Shown piece after piece: positions 1 to 12,853 of a stretch of DNA of 64,000 bases. A model generated the notes under the pieces. It ran no database searches. It was not told the origin of the DNA and saw only the letters and a program-made list of their open reading frames with translations. This stretch comes from Hormiphora californensis (lineage: Eukaryota > Animalia > Ctenophora). The stretch is from NCBI GenBank assembly GCA_020137815.1, contig CM035358.1, positions 6,944,001 through 7,008,000 on the forward strand, written 5' to 3'. Within the stretch, counting starts at the first letter, position 1, and every line of letters begins with the position of its first letter. Position numbers and translations under genes: made by a program.

Positions 1-64
1 AGGTTGTGTAATGTGTGCCCTAAATTGTGGTTGTGTGCCCTAAATCCATCAACTTCCTCTCCAG

Positions 65-945
<881 letters not shown>

Positions 946-1267
946 AACAGGCACAGGTGAAAGTAAGAGAGAACAATTCTGATTTTGATGAAATAAGAAT
1001 GTTCTTTGGTCTCTAAATCATTTGACTGGGGCCTCTCTCACTTTGACCATTCTTCCTAATTTTAACAGTCAACACATAGGACACGCAGCCAAATTCTCAT
1101 TTATTTCTATCTACTCTCTGTTGTTATTACTAAGTTGTTAGTATCACTCTCTATCCTCTTTCACTTTCAGTTGCAGTGGAAAGGTACGTCCGTGTTACCG
1201 CCCAGGCAGTTGCCCAGACACGTGGACGGAACCTGAAAGACCAGATGGGAGAGGTCAGTCGTTTGTA

Positions 1268-2824
1268 CAAGGTGGCCCATAAATTATGATAGCGGGGGAC
1301 GAGCCGTACCTCCTAAACGGTGATAGTTGTGCAAAAACAAACTACGGGAACATCCTGGAACAATTCCTGGACGACTTTTTGCAAATTATAAAATTTTTAT
1401 TCAAAAGTTCATTTTTCATTAATGAACTTTCTACACGTTCATTAATGAACTAAGGACTCTAATTTACCGAGAGTTGGGCATTTTGTTTGGGTTGAATTTA
1501 TCTTTCCAATGAGCACCATAAATATCAAATTGAAGCACCAGGTCACATGGCAGTTGAGAAAATGCACATGCATGATTTTGGCTCTTCCTGCGACTTTCAA
1601 TCGGCTGTATCACGGCTACCTTTTGTTCAATCTTTTTAAAAATTTGGGAGAACATCGGATAAGCAAAGATCTTTCCTCACAAGAAAAATCAAGGTCAAAA
1701 CTTAAAGTTCATTTTTAAGTGTTGGTAGTTCATTCCACTCATTCAGGAACAAACATCCCTAAAGTGATGAAAAGTGATGGTTTTTGTTTGGCCGATACCC
1801 TGCAATGATAGAGAGGTGTAAAAATACGCTTCCGGGCTAGTTAGTGAGTGTCCATGTGATCATGATGATATCTGACACCTTTTCTAAGCCATAATTAAGG
1901 GGTTTTCTCAAATGCAAGCATGTGATTTGAGTTTTCGTGATTGGTATCGTGCAGCAATGTTGAGAGATCTCATAGCACCTCAAAAACGATGATTAGTTCA
2001 ATGAAAAGAGTTGATTTATGATCGAAAATTATCGTTTAGTTCATTTTGACGTCTGTTTTAATCTTTTCTATCATGAATCAACTCTTTTCATTGAACTAAT
2101 CATAATTTTTGAGGTGCTATGGGATCTCTCAACATTGCTGCACGATACCAATCACGAAAACTCAAATCACATGCTTGCATTTGAGAAAACCCCTTAATTA
2201 TGGCTTAGAAAAGGTGTCAGATATCATCATGATCACATGGACACTCACTAACTAGCCCGGAAGCGTATTTTTACACCTCTCTATCATTGCAGGGTATCGG
2301 CCAAACAAAAACCATCACTTTTCATCACTTTAGGGATGTTTGTTCCTGAATGAGTGGAATGAACTACCAACACTTAAAAATGAACTTTAAGTTTTGACCT
2401 TGATTTTTCTTGTGAGGAAAGATCTTTGCTTATCCGATGTTCTCCCAAATTTTTAAAAAGATTGAACAAAAGGTAGCCGTGATACAGCCGATTGAAAGTC
2501 GCAGGAAGAGCCAAAATCATGCATGTGCATTTTCTCAACTGCCATGTGACCTGGTGCTTCAATTTGATATTTATGGTGCTCATTGGAAAGATAAATTCAA
2601 CCCAAACAAAATGCCCAACTCTCGGTAAATTAGAGTCCTTAGTTCATTAATGAACGTGTAGAAAGTTCATTAATGAAAAATGAACTTTTGAATAAAAATT
2701 TTATAATTTGCAAAAAGTCGTCCAGGAATTGTTCCAGGATGTTCCCGTAGTTTGTTTTTGCACAACTATCACCGTTTCGGAGGTACGGCTCGTCCCCCGC
2801 TATCATAATTTATGGGCCACCTTG
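1268..2824. mobile_element. Non-autonomous foldback DNA transposon with TA target duplication (Tc1/mariner-like)
   Basis: TA|CAAGGTGGCCC...GGGCCACCTTG|TA. Two ~765-bp near-identical inverted arms around a ~30-bp spacer (centre ~2046). Mirror ORFs 1509-1718 and 2374-2583 are identical. Confidence 0.9.
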
Positions 2825-4179
2825 TATTTCATTCACATATTTTGCCAGTTAGGCGATATTAGTTGATTTGTATGTGATATAAAATTTAGTATGGTGTGCA
2901 TTATGCAAACTCCCCTTCCCTCTGCAGGCATTGGCGATATCTGAGGCCAGGACCAAGTTCCAATCAAAGATAACACATCGACCAACTTGAAACCCCACTT
3001 CAATCCTGTAGGGGTCCACTAACGCCTGTCCACTTCTCCCTTTTGACTGAAGGATGTTCGGGCTTTTTTGTGTCGTTTTACTTCGGTTTCGATGTGAGGA
3101 CAGGCCGTTTCTTCTGGTTTTGGTCCCGGTTCTGGTTGTCTCATGATAGGCTTGTGACAGTGAAATAGTGAACTTATTTGTCCTTCGCCACTGCCCCTAT
3201 GTGACAGTGAAATAGTTTCCTTCCCCATTGACTCTCTGTCGGAGAGAAAGAAGCTGCCTGCGAGATGAGACATAAAAGAATATTTGAGAGCTTATTTTTA
3301 TTGTCTGTATAGAATTTGTAAATATTTTGTTTTATTTTGACAGCTAAATTATGCGTACTTTGAAATTGTGTAGAAGATGCAATACCCATTTTTTATGAGT
3401 TCAACTTACATAACGTATTGCATCTACTATGTGTACACTGTGGGTGAATCCTGTATCTGATACACTACCAGCTCCCGCTTTACTAACAAATAATATGTCC
3501 GCGCGCGAGATCCTCCCGACTGGCTTATAAACAAAGCAATTATCGTTATCATTCCAACGCGCGTTCGCAAGTCAGCGCAACGGATAGCATGTGATAGCTC
3601 CAGGTCGCGAGAAGTCGCTAAAAATCGCACAGTTTTAAGCCGCCAGCTAAAGTGCTACATTCACCCAAAGTGTTATTCAAAGGCAATTCCTCTCTAGTTA
3701 TGATGTCGTTAACATATTCCAGGGTACGGAAATTTGAATTTCTAATTTTTTCATAAATAGGGAAGGCTATTGTTTGTTGCGTGTTCCTGTGTGGTGTTTC
3801 GTGGTGTTTTGGGATCTACTACTGCTGTCCCCATGATTGCTAAAGCTTTTCTACCTACGTACCCTGTTGACTTTCTACACAGCTACAATTCTACGGATCT
3901 TTATCACCTGATTCTACATGTTATTCAGCGGGATTTCCCTTGATGTTTGTCACCAGCGCTCTACCACTACCAACCTCCGTATTCTTTACCCCGACATGGA
4001 GAGACGAAGAGTAAGAGGGGGAGAGAGACATGGGGACGGTGGGGGGGGGGAGGGGGGTGAGGGACTTCAATGGGCTTTCTAGTATACTATATAGGATCGA
4101 AGGATCTTCATTAAGGATTTTCTATTGATGCTATCGAAAGCCTTGACAAAATCGATAAACATGAATGATCAAACTCTTA

Positions 4180-5559
4180 TCAGGTGAGATATTCTGGCAG
4201 GTGATCAGTGGTACCACAACATTTACCCTTAAACGAGATGATGTTGTAATCCTCGACTACACTTACACCACGGGTATTTGTGAGGATACATGGAACCAGA
4301 AATCCTACTATGCAGCATTCCATCCCGTTTACGATACAGCCACTAGCGCCTACCATGCTGTCGACGCGGACGGTAGGAACTTTTATTTCAAAAATTGTTG
4401 TAAATTTAAAGCAACCCACCATTTGATAATTTCCCAACTTTCCAACTATCATGTACTTCAGTAGTTAAAACGTCTCTTGCAGATTGGATAACGAAACAGG
4501 TCGATTCACTGCAAGTCAACTTTCCGGCCACCGCACTCCAGCTTCGTTCAAATTACACTGAAGGCAGTGGAGAGGATTTGCTAATGCATTTCTTCCAATC
4601 CCACAGTTATATCGGATACATCCGTGTTAACTACGGTAGCTCTACCATTACCTACCGTGTGAGCTCTACCGAGTCAGACATATTTTGCATGTCTGACTCG
4701 GTAGAGCTCCCCACACAGCCATACAGTGTGGGAGTGGGTACCGTGTGGACTTTGTCCCTCAGTTCGACCACCTTCACTTTGTGGTGTGATGCCGTCACCG
4801 TGCTGGAGTACGATTATGGGGGTTTGGGGTGTGCAAATAAGTGGGCCACTCCACCAGATGAGATGTACTTCTCAACCACAACTGACTCTGATTACCGACT
4901 ACAACCAGGTAGCGGAACACCAGGACCAGAACGAATAAATGGCCCACTGATGAGGGGTTGTTTTCAAAATTTACCATTTATTCATTGATCTCCTCCTCCT
5001 CCGTCCTTCCTCTCCGAGAAATACCTATTATATCCTCAATATACCTCTGTATAATTGATTTCTGTATGGTGACACATATTTTCAGATATTTGTGATGATT
5101 TAAAAGTTCCCAACTCATTGGACGGGACCTACTCTGCCGGAAAGGATACCATGGTGGAGGTGAAGTGTAAAGCCGGGTATATAAATACCACAATAACCTG
5201 TAGAAAGGACAGTGTGTGGAGTAAGAATGTCACGGACGTGTGCCCGAAAGGTAACCCCTTTTTTCCGAAACTGACACTCTCACCCGGCCTGCGGCCATTA
5301 CTTTTGACGAGATGTTTGATGTCTTATTTAATTTTGATATGTCAGTTTCTACAGAACAATTTCAACAGTGTATCGATATAATGATCCCAAATTTCGTTCT
5401 TCCAGGATGCTTTATGGTGGATCTCGACCCTAATAATAAAACCACTGTGATGGCTGGGTCAACTGCGTACCGAGCGTGCATCCAACTGGAACCTTATACA
5501 CCCTACACATGTCAAGGAAACGGAACCTGGACATCAAACTCGACAACTTCTTGCATAGG
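4180..5559 (+). CDS. Partial multi-exon gene: Cys/Trp-containing repeat domains plus two sushi/CCP-like modules (exons ~4180-4372, 4483-4908, 5086-5250, 5406-5559)
   Basis: Phase-1 exons bounded by AG/GT. DICDDLKVPNSLDG...VKCKAGY...ITCRKDSVWS...C and GCF...ACIQ...YTCQGNGTW...C have the CCP-like C..C..C..W..C pattern. Start and end not resolved; may be degraded. Confidence 0.5.
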
Positions 5560-6855
5560 TGAAGTAAAAACGATGAAACTGCATATCATGCTGCTACCAC
5601 ACACACACACACATACATACATACATACACGTATGTATACAGGTTAAGGTTTAAAGGTACTAGAGGTGCATGACTGCATGGCATGGTGTGTGAGAGACAG
5701 TGATGTGTGACAAAAATTAACCGCTCTCATGGGTCAGGAGTCCTGACATCCTTATCTAAGATATCGTCACTTCCACAAATGATACACACACACAAACATA
5801 ATAACAATAATAACAATAACATTATACATATTTAAATCGCTTTTGAGCTATATAATGCTATTCTCGATCAGCTTAAACAGCGTCCTCTCGATAATAGCAA
5901 GCTTTCTAAAGCGCTTCATCGCTGAATTAACCTATAGACATTCGTCCTCGTCGTCATAGATAATAAATTATATAAAATAAAAACGGACTTAGATAATTAA
6001 TAAATTAGATACAAAAGACAGACTGAACACCGATGGACACACAAATACATGCAACACACACACATACACACACCCACACACACACGTCATACACATACAA
6101 ATTCATACAAACACAAGCAAGTACTTGGCATACGAGCAAGTACTTAACATACGAACAATTAAGCACACAACCAAATTCACCAACGTCCAACGGAGTCCAG
6201 AGATAATCAACCCTACCACATACTGAACAAAATAATGAAATAAACGCTAATTGAGTGTTGTCCTCTCATTACTCATTAGTTCATTGTGACTCGCTTTGTC
6301 TTGGATTATTATTATCATGGTTATTGGTTATCATGGAGGAATATCAGTTTCACACTTAGGAGATATCATGTAGGATTTCAGGATTTAGGAATTTACTTTA
6401 GGCCTTTTAGTTCTGAAAATAAGGTGCTCTGGAGGGGGTTAATCTTCATAATAGAAGCCTCCAAGAGCAATATAGCACTGTGAATTGCGTAGCCAAGACT
6501 ACACAATTCACAGTCCCATTGTGTGAGAAGTCAACTGTACACGTCATTCAGTTGCCAAGAGGCGTATCTACAAGTAAGTCAGTGTCTAGATCTGTCATGG
6601 GTGGGGATTCTTTTTTTAATTCTCACACACACTTTTTTTCTCACATTATTTTTCTGACATCCCTCTTTCTTTTTTTTAACTTTTACTACCTCACATTCGA
6701 TCATGTATTTTTCCGTTTTTTGCTGAGGAGGACGAAACATACAGAAACAATTCACTAATATCTACTCAATACCCTATCTCCCAGGACCCCGTCTTCAAAG
6801 ATCAATATTCAAATCCATACCATCCATCACTAGCAACTACACACATAATAAAATG

Positions 6856-9765
6856 CTACTCAGAGAAGGCCTTGGAAAACAACAGTGTTTTTAGATCAGT
6901 TTTGAACCTCTGTAAAGTCCTAGATCGACGGAGCTCCCGCGGAAGATTGTTCCATAGCTTAGGCCCTGATACACTGAAAGCCCTCTCCGTTGTTTTGTAT
7001 TTGGGATGCGGAGTTTCAAGAAGAAGATCATCATAATCTGCACGAAGTGTCATTGGTTTTTTCTTCCTCTTTTCCAGAAGGCCACTTAGGTATTCGGGTG
7101 CAAGGCCGTTCACACATTTATAGACCAGAACACAGGTTTTGAAATTGATCCTTTCGCTCACTGGTAGGAAATGTAATGCCTTACGCAACGTCGTTGTGCC
7201 TTGCCACCTCCTCTGTCCATAAATGAATCTAGCTGCTGCATTTTGTACCTTTTGTAACTCAGCAACATTCCGTTTAGTCATCCCAGACATCAGAGAATTG
7301 CAGTAGTCTATTTTTGAATGAACTAAGCTGCATACCAATATTGTCCTAAGCTTCCGAGATAGCTTTCCAGCAATTCGCCACAGATTAACCAGAGTAGATT
7401 TACATGACCTGACCACAGCCGTGACGTGCTCATCTAAGGACAGCTTCGAGTCAAAGTACACCCCAAGGTTCTTCGCCGAACTCGTTACCAATGAGGGCCC
7501 ACTATCTTCAAATAGCTGCATAGAGCCAACAGAACTACCACCTCTCGGGGACAAAATCAGTACTTCAGTCTTAGTTGGGTTAAGTTGAAGGAAGTTTGTC
7601 GTGAGCCACGCCTGTATGTCAGAGACACAGCGCTTTAACTTTTGTTCTACCTCTGAGATATCATCCGAGGAATATGCCGCATAGACCTGTGTATCATCCG
7701 CATAAAAGTGAATACCAACACCATGTCGATCAGCAATGGCTTCTAGCTCAGTCGTGTAACAAATGAACAATATCGGTCCTAAAATAGACCCCTGTGGGAC
7801 TCCGATGGATAGTTCGGCAAGGGCTGACTTCATATCCCCCAACACCACTGCAGCATTACGCCCCGTTAAGTAACTCTGAAACCAACTCAGAGTAGTCCCC
7901 TTTACTCCATACAACTTTTCTAGCCGCTTCAGAAGTATCGCATGATTCACTGTATCAAAAGCAGCACTTAAGTCTAACAACAAAAGTACTACCTTCGACT
8001 TGTCATCAGTCAGAGTCAGTAGATCATCAAAGATCCGTAAGGTGGCAGTTTCGCAACTTTTGTGTCGACGATATGCAGATTGTTTCTTCGAGAGTAAACT
8101 GTTATCCTCCAGGTGCCTTACAAACTGGTCCGCTGCACACTTCTCTATTAGCTTTCCAAGGAACGGAAGGTTACTCACCGGTCGATAGTTTCCCAAGTCA
8201 TCCGGGTCTAGATTTGCCTTCTTGATGGTTGGACGAATCAATGCCGTTTTTAAAGCCGTAGGAAAAACCCCCGATGACAAGCTATCATTAACTATTTTCG
8301 ACAAGATAGGAAGTAGTTCACCAAACAGTTTTCGTACAAAGGATGTTGGTATAGGATCAAGGGTACAGTGTTTCGTGCTCATTTCCATGATGGTAGACCG
8401 AAGCACCTCATCAGAAACCGGCTCAAATTTGAAAATCGGAACAGATGATGGTGAGTCACTTTGAGTAGTCATGGAGACAGGTTGAACGTGATTATGGCAC
8501 TTCTCCATTCCTCGATAGATTTTCTCAACCTTCCCTTTAAAAGCTCCCATGAAGGTGTCAGCAAGCTTGCCTTTTTCAATGTTCCCAGGCATGACTTCAA
8601 CATTTTCCCTCCCCAGAAGGTGGTTCGAAGTTTGCCAAGTAGCCCGAGGGTCATGCTGTTGTTCTTCGAGACGAGCCGCGAAGTAGTTTTCTCTTACTCC
8701 AGTCAGGATTTTATCAGTTTCCTTCTCCTGTGCTTTACAGTCCTCAAAGAAGTTGAGTATCACAACAGGGTCTGTTTTGGTCCGAAGAATTGCCCTATAT
8801 TTTCTTTCTTTCCTCCTTCTTTCCCTTCTTGCCCCCTGGCAGATCTCATAGTTCTGTGTGAACCATTTATTACTGCGAGTTTTAACCTTCCTAGTAACCA
8901 CGGGCGCCCGACTATCCATAAACCCCGTCAACACCGAGATATACAGTTCAACACACTGGTCCAGGTCATCAGGTAACTCATCACAGAGATCCGACTGAAG
9001 AATGTCTTCCCTAAGATCCTCAATGTCAAGGTCTTTCATTTTTCGGCTTGTAACTAGTTTAAACTCACTGTTAGAACTACAGCCTGCCACATTTAGAGAG
9101 AAGCTCACTAGTGAATGATCAGGAAGAGCAGGTGCCCTATAAGTTTCCAGTCCGTCCAACGCCGTAAGGTCAGCATCCCTGGTTAGTACCAAATCAAGTG
9201 TGCCACCCCTCACATGCGTAGGCCCGATAACATGTTGAGACCATCCCTCCGACAGAATAAGCGCTTTAAACTTCTGTGTGAATCGGTCAGTATCATCTTG
9301 GAATCTCACATTAAAGTCGCCCATGACAACAGGAACGCCGCCCTTTGATACAAAGGAATTTAGATAGCTGCCAAACTCAGTTATGAAGTGATTATAGTCA
9401 TTCCCTGTGCGATAGATAACAGCAAGCCGGACTCCAACACTGCCCTTCACGAAGATCTCCAGACATTCAAAAGACTTCGTGGATGTTTTACACGTAGTAA
9501 ACTTGATCTTATTCCGAATAATGAACGCCACTCCACCCCCTCGCTTCCCTTTCCTCGGTGCATTAACTAGAGTGTGCTTCCAATCCCCTACCTCCGCCGC
9601 CAGTGAAGATTCATCTAAGTTAAGCCACGTTTCAGTAAGAGCTAGAATCCCAAGTCCATTTTCGACCATCATTCCCATGACCGGATTAACCTTGTTCCGC
9701 AGGGAAAAACAGTTGCCAAGTCCCACCTTAATGGTCCTGCACCCTACCTTCCCTAAATCAGCCAC
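6856..9765 (-). CDS. LINE ORF2: apurinic-like endonuclease + reverse transcriptase
   Basis: LTETWL, GGGVA, MGDFN, TLDLV and PDH (endonuclease); NYRPVSNL, LLDLSAAFDTV, GVPQGSILGP and FYADD (RT); L2-like C-terminus RAFSVSGPKLWNNLP. Confidence 0.97.
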   Translation of the reverse strand: MADLGKVGCRTIKVGLGNCFSLRNKVNPVMGMMVENGLGILALTETWLNLDESSLAAEVGDWKHTLVNAPRKGKRGGGVAFIIRNKIKFTTCKTSTKSFECLEIFVKGSVGVRLAVIYRTGNDYNHFITEFGSYLNSFVSKGGVPVVMGDFNVRFQDDTDRFTQKFKALILSEGWSQHVIGPTHVRGGTLDLVLTRDADLTALDGLETYRAPALPDHSLVSFSLNVAGCSSNSEFKLVTSRKMKDLDIEDLREDILQSDLCDELPDDLDQCVELYISVLTGFMDSRAPVVTRKVKTRSNKWFTQNYEICQGARRERRRKERKYRAILRTKTDPVVILNFFEDCKAQEKETDKILTGVRENYFAARLEEQQHDPRATWQTSNHLLGRENVEVMPGNIEKGKLADTFMGAFKGKVEKIYRGMEKCHNHVQPVSMTTQSDSPSSVPIFKFEPVSDEVLRSTIMEMSTKHCTLDPIPTSFVRKLFGELLPILSKIVNDSLSSGVFPTALKTALIRPTIKKANLDPDDLGNYRPVSNLPFLGKLIEKCAADQFVRHLEDNSLLSKKQSAYRRHKSCETATLRIFDDLLTLTDDKSKVVLLLLDLSAAFDTVNHAILLKRLEKLYGVKGTTLSWFQSYLTGRNAAVVLGDMKSALAELSIGVPQGSILGPILFICYTTELEAIADRHGVGIHFYADDTQVYAAYSSDDISEVEQKLKRCVSDIQAWLTTNFLQLNPTKTEVLILSPRGGSSVGSMQLFEDSGPSLVTSSAKNLGVYFDSKLSLDEHVTAVVRSCKSTLVNLWRIAGKLSRKLRTILVCSLVHSKIDYCNSLMSGMTKRNVAELQKVQNAAARFIYGQRRWQGTTTLRKALHFLPVSERINFKTCVLVYKCVNGLAPEYLSGLLEKRKKKPMTLRADYDDLLLETPHPKYKTTERAFSVSGPKLWNNLPRELRRSRTLQRFKTDLKTLLFSKAFSE

Positions 9766-9782
9766 ACGCCCATCTTCACCAA

Positions 9783-10901
9783 CTAGTTTTTTGCATTCCT
9801 TAGTTTAAGAAGGAAAACAGGACAGTCAGGCGAACCGGCATTGTGTAAGTTGGCATTACCCTTCAGCTTAGGGTCACTGGCATTTTTACAGTTGGTGCAA
9901 CACACTTTCCCCCTGTTCTTACAATCCTTTGTCTTGTGGCCTTCCGCACAGAACATACATGTAGCCTGTGGTTGCTCGCATTCCCACGCTTTGTGGCCAA
10001 ATTTCTGGCAACGGTAGCACTGTGGAATATAGTACCGATCTTCCACCCTACAGGAAACATTTCTAACGAAAAGTTTTCCTCCCTTGACCAACAGGTCCCG
10101 TAGAGCGCAAGAAACTCTCAACCCCACGTTAACCCGTTCTCTCGCTCTCGATTTCCCAACATAGACAACCTCCAAAGTATGCCCCTGGTCTAATAGAGAG
10201 CTCACCTTAGAGTTCTTCATCCGAATCATCTCAACTATGGCACTATCCAAATCACTCCGGCCCATATCAACTGGAAATTCTTCCACGGGAAGTGGAAAGT
10301 CCTTAACCGTAACTTTAGGCAGTTTAATAGATGTCTTATAGGTCGCTGCCTCGGGAAGAACTGCCTTAAGCTGACTCTCAGCGGATTGAAGCATGTCCTG
10401 ATCGGGTAAGGCAATTATTACATCGCCATTGGCCTCCGCCCTCATGAAGGACACAGGTGTCGCCTTTAGAGCCTCAGAAGCTCGTTTTACAGCCGTATCT
10501 CCCGCATTACTAATCGTAATTTTTGCAGCAGGTTTCTTAAGAACTTCAGCAAATGACCCACCGAGATTCTCACCAGGACTCGCCCTTAACCCCACACCAT
10601 CACCCCGACGTAAGTCCATTTCTCCAACAAGTTTCTCTACTATGAAATCAGCGTGCTTACCAAGCTCACTCACAACACATCGAGCAATCTCATCTCCACT
10701 AGCCCCGGTCTGCCCAAACCCCTTAGCCTTCCCGCTGTCCACAGAATCAAAACACGGGGGGCATAGCCAGCATAATCCCACGAGTTTACTTACTTCGACG
10801 GGTACGGGCGGATCAGCATCATCTCGCTCCTCTTTGCACATCAAACATACCATCTTCTCTGTAACTGCTATCTCTGCAGCCGCCTTTCTCGTTATTGTCA
10901 T
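9783..10901 (-). CDS. LINE ORF1, gag-like with three CCHC zinc knuckles
   Basis: CYRCQKFGHKAWEC, CMFCAEGHKTKDC and CTNC..H....C; Cys-rich N-terminus; directly upstream of ORF2. Confidence 0.92.
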   Translation of the reverse strand: MTITRKAAAEIAVTEKMVCLMCKEERDDADPPVPVEVSKLVGLCWLCPPCFDSVDSGKAKGFGQTGASGDEIARCVVSELGKHADFIVEKLVGEMDLRRGDGVGLRASPGENLGGSFAEVLKKPAAKITISNAGDTAVKRASEALKATPVSFMRAEANGDVIIALPDQDMLQSAESQLKAVLPEAATYKTSIKLPKVTVKDFPLPVEEFPVDMGRSDLDSAIVEMIRMKNSKVSSLLDQGHTLEVVYVGKSRARERVNVGLRVSCALRDLLVKGGKLFVRNVSCRVEDRYYIPQCYRCQKFGHKAWECEQPQATCMFCAEGHKTKDCKNRGKVCCTNCKNASDPKLKGNANLHNAGSPDCPVFLLKLRNAKN

Positions 10902-11607
10902 CTTCTAGATGGGGAATTGAGGTGCCTCACGACAACCTCAAATTAATTTGTTTAAAGTAGTGTTGAAAAGTTTGAAACATTGCGTTTTTTTCTTGTTGTT
11001 TTTACATGTCTTACTCTTAGTTACTTAAAAATTTACCTGCAATTGCAGCCTCTAACACATATCTTATTGTTTCATAACGCAACTACTGGAGATGAAGAAG
11101 ACGCCACTGAAAACTTGAAGCACTGCAATACACGCTGGGTGACATTGGTTCTGAATCCTTCCGTAAGTTTTTTTGAGATCCAAAATAATCACTGCGCTGG
11201 TAATCTTACTTGTATCCCGGCCCTGTTTACGACTTTCTTTTTTTTGCAGAATCAACCAGACAATCGCTAACAAAAGACACTGGCGAGCTAACTAGCAGAC
11301 AACTGCAGTCAGATGAAGCATCTTCGTCTTCTTCTTCGAGTGTCGGGTGTGAGACCCTAAAGAACTATCGCGACTTTCGCCATTGTGATTTGGTCGACAC
11401 TGGTGTGAGTGGCCTATGACAACACACCTTCTACACAACGATAGATGGGCTAAACAAGGAGGACAGAAGGAGTATCTTTTGCAATCATTAATTGGAGGAC
11501 CAACAACTTTAATTGAGTCACTGTTGAAGCGGTAATGAAGTCCCAGAAAGCTCTCCTGAACATCAAATGTTATCTAACTACAACTCAACTGAACTATCGC
11601 GATACCG

Positions 11608-12853
11608 TTGGCACGAACTATTATCTTGACATGGGCTCAGAGTGACCAAAAACTTCCTACTTCTTATCGATTTTGTTTGATTATCTGAGCTCCTGACCTG
11701 CACCGTTTGTAACGGTGATTTTTGTACACACTCTGCTTTGATGGAGAAGCACAGCAATGCTTTCACACAGTGGTGTGAGAGTAATGGACTGACAGATGAA
11801 GCATGTCCCTCAGCGAGTGTGATGAAGGCAGTAGAGTGTCTGCTAAATGATGCTGCGTGCCAGAGCCACGGTAACAATTTTGATTCATCAAGAGTTACTG
11901 CAGCTAAACTCAACACGAAGAATAAGCCTGAGTTGATAAATATGATCCAGAATTATGCTTGGTTTTGTCACATGGTGGTCCTGCCATATGTTGTGGAAGT
12001 GGACGCTGAGTTGTACAAAGATACGACAAAAAAGCTAGAGGAGACAGAGAATAAGCTGGAAGAGGTAACAGGGAAGATCAATTCCATGCAAGAGACCGTT
12101 ATTAAGTCTCAGGAAGCGTTGTTATCTTGTCAAGAGACGGTGATAACTCTCCAGGGCTCTCTCCTCTCTGAGAAGAGCAAGAAGATTGAAGAGACGATGT
12201 CTTCTGTCAAAGAAGAACTGAAGGGCTATGCAGCAGTTGTGAAGAAGAGCTGCACTGCCTCGCTTGCTCCTAGGAAGCTACAAGCAGCCATGGTGAAGGC
12301 GTCCAGTGTGGAGGACAGGTCCAGCAACCTGATTTTCTACGGGTTGGAGGAGTCTGTTGGAGAGGAGAAGACTGAGGATGTTGTTCTGAATGTTTTGGAA
12401 CACACAAACGAGAAGCCGAAACTGGTAAGCTGTAGGAGGCTTGGCGAGAAGAAGGAAGGGAAGAAGCGGCCTGTCAAGGTGGTACTTCACAACCGAGATA
12501 TGGTACGCTCCATTCTGGCAAGGTCTGGGATGCTGAGGGAAGTGGAGGGAATGGAAGATGTTTACATTTGTCCAGATAGGACTGTTGAAGAGAGAAGTGA
12601 GAGAAAGAGACTCGTTTCTAAGTTGAAGCAGCAGAGAGAGACTGAGCCACACGTTAAGTGGGGTATTGTGAGAGGTAGTGTGATTAGAAGAGATGAGAAG
12701 AAATGAGACAGACAATTCATATTAATTTCTATACAATATTATTTGATTTAGAGTGTTTCCGCGGTGTAAGCGCTCATTCGGTGAGCCTGCCTCGTTCTTG
12801 TGGGTACATGATATTGTTTCAGTATTCATTTGAACGTTCAAAATCAAAATCAA
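11608..12853 (+). mobile_element. ORF1-only non-autonomous LINE derivative
   Basis: Single ORF1-like CDS, ~130-bp 3' UTR, (TCAAAA)n tail at ~12838-12853, and a candidate 6-bp TSD ATACCG (11602-11607 / 12854-12859). Confidence 0.65.
11740..12706 (+). CDS. CR1/L1-type ORF1-like protein (coiled coil + RRM-like domain)
   Basis: Long coiled coil, then DRSSNLIFYGLEE...RRLG...RPVKV...VYICPDRTVEERSERKRL, typical of LINE ORF1 proteins. Confidence 0.8.

Larger units (their letters stand above)
5797..10975 (-). mobile_element. Apparently full-length L2/CR1-group non-LTR retrotransposon
   Basis: Two intact ORFs. A ~1-kb 3' UTR ends in AAGCGCTT...stem-loop...AAAAGCGATTTAAATATGTAT followed by a (TTATTG)-like tail at ~5797-5823. 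The 5' limit is approximate. Confidence 0.85.

Noticed and set aside
1464-2628. Pairs of identical short ORFs on opposite strands
   Set aside because: A by-product of the inverted arms of a non-coding foldback element; the same applies at 18688/22806 and 46513/46662.
8000-10908. Plus-strand ORFs overlapping the LINE, and the antisense ORF 26628-27239
   Set aside because: Shadow frames of real genes with no recognisable motifs.
11049-11419. Possible downstream exons of the sushi-domain gene after the LINE
   Set aside because: Splice-like signals are present, but I could not build a consistent reading frame.
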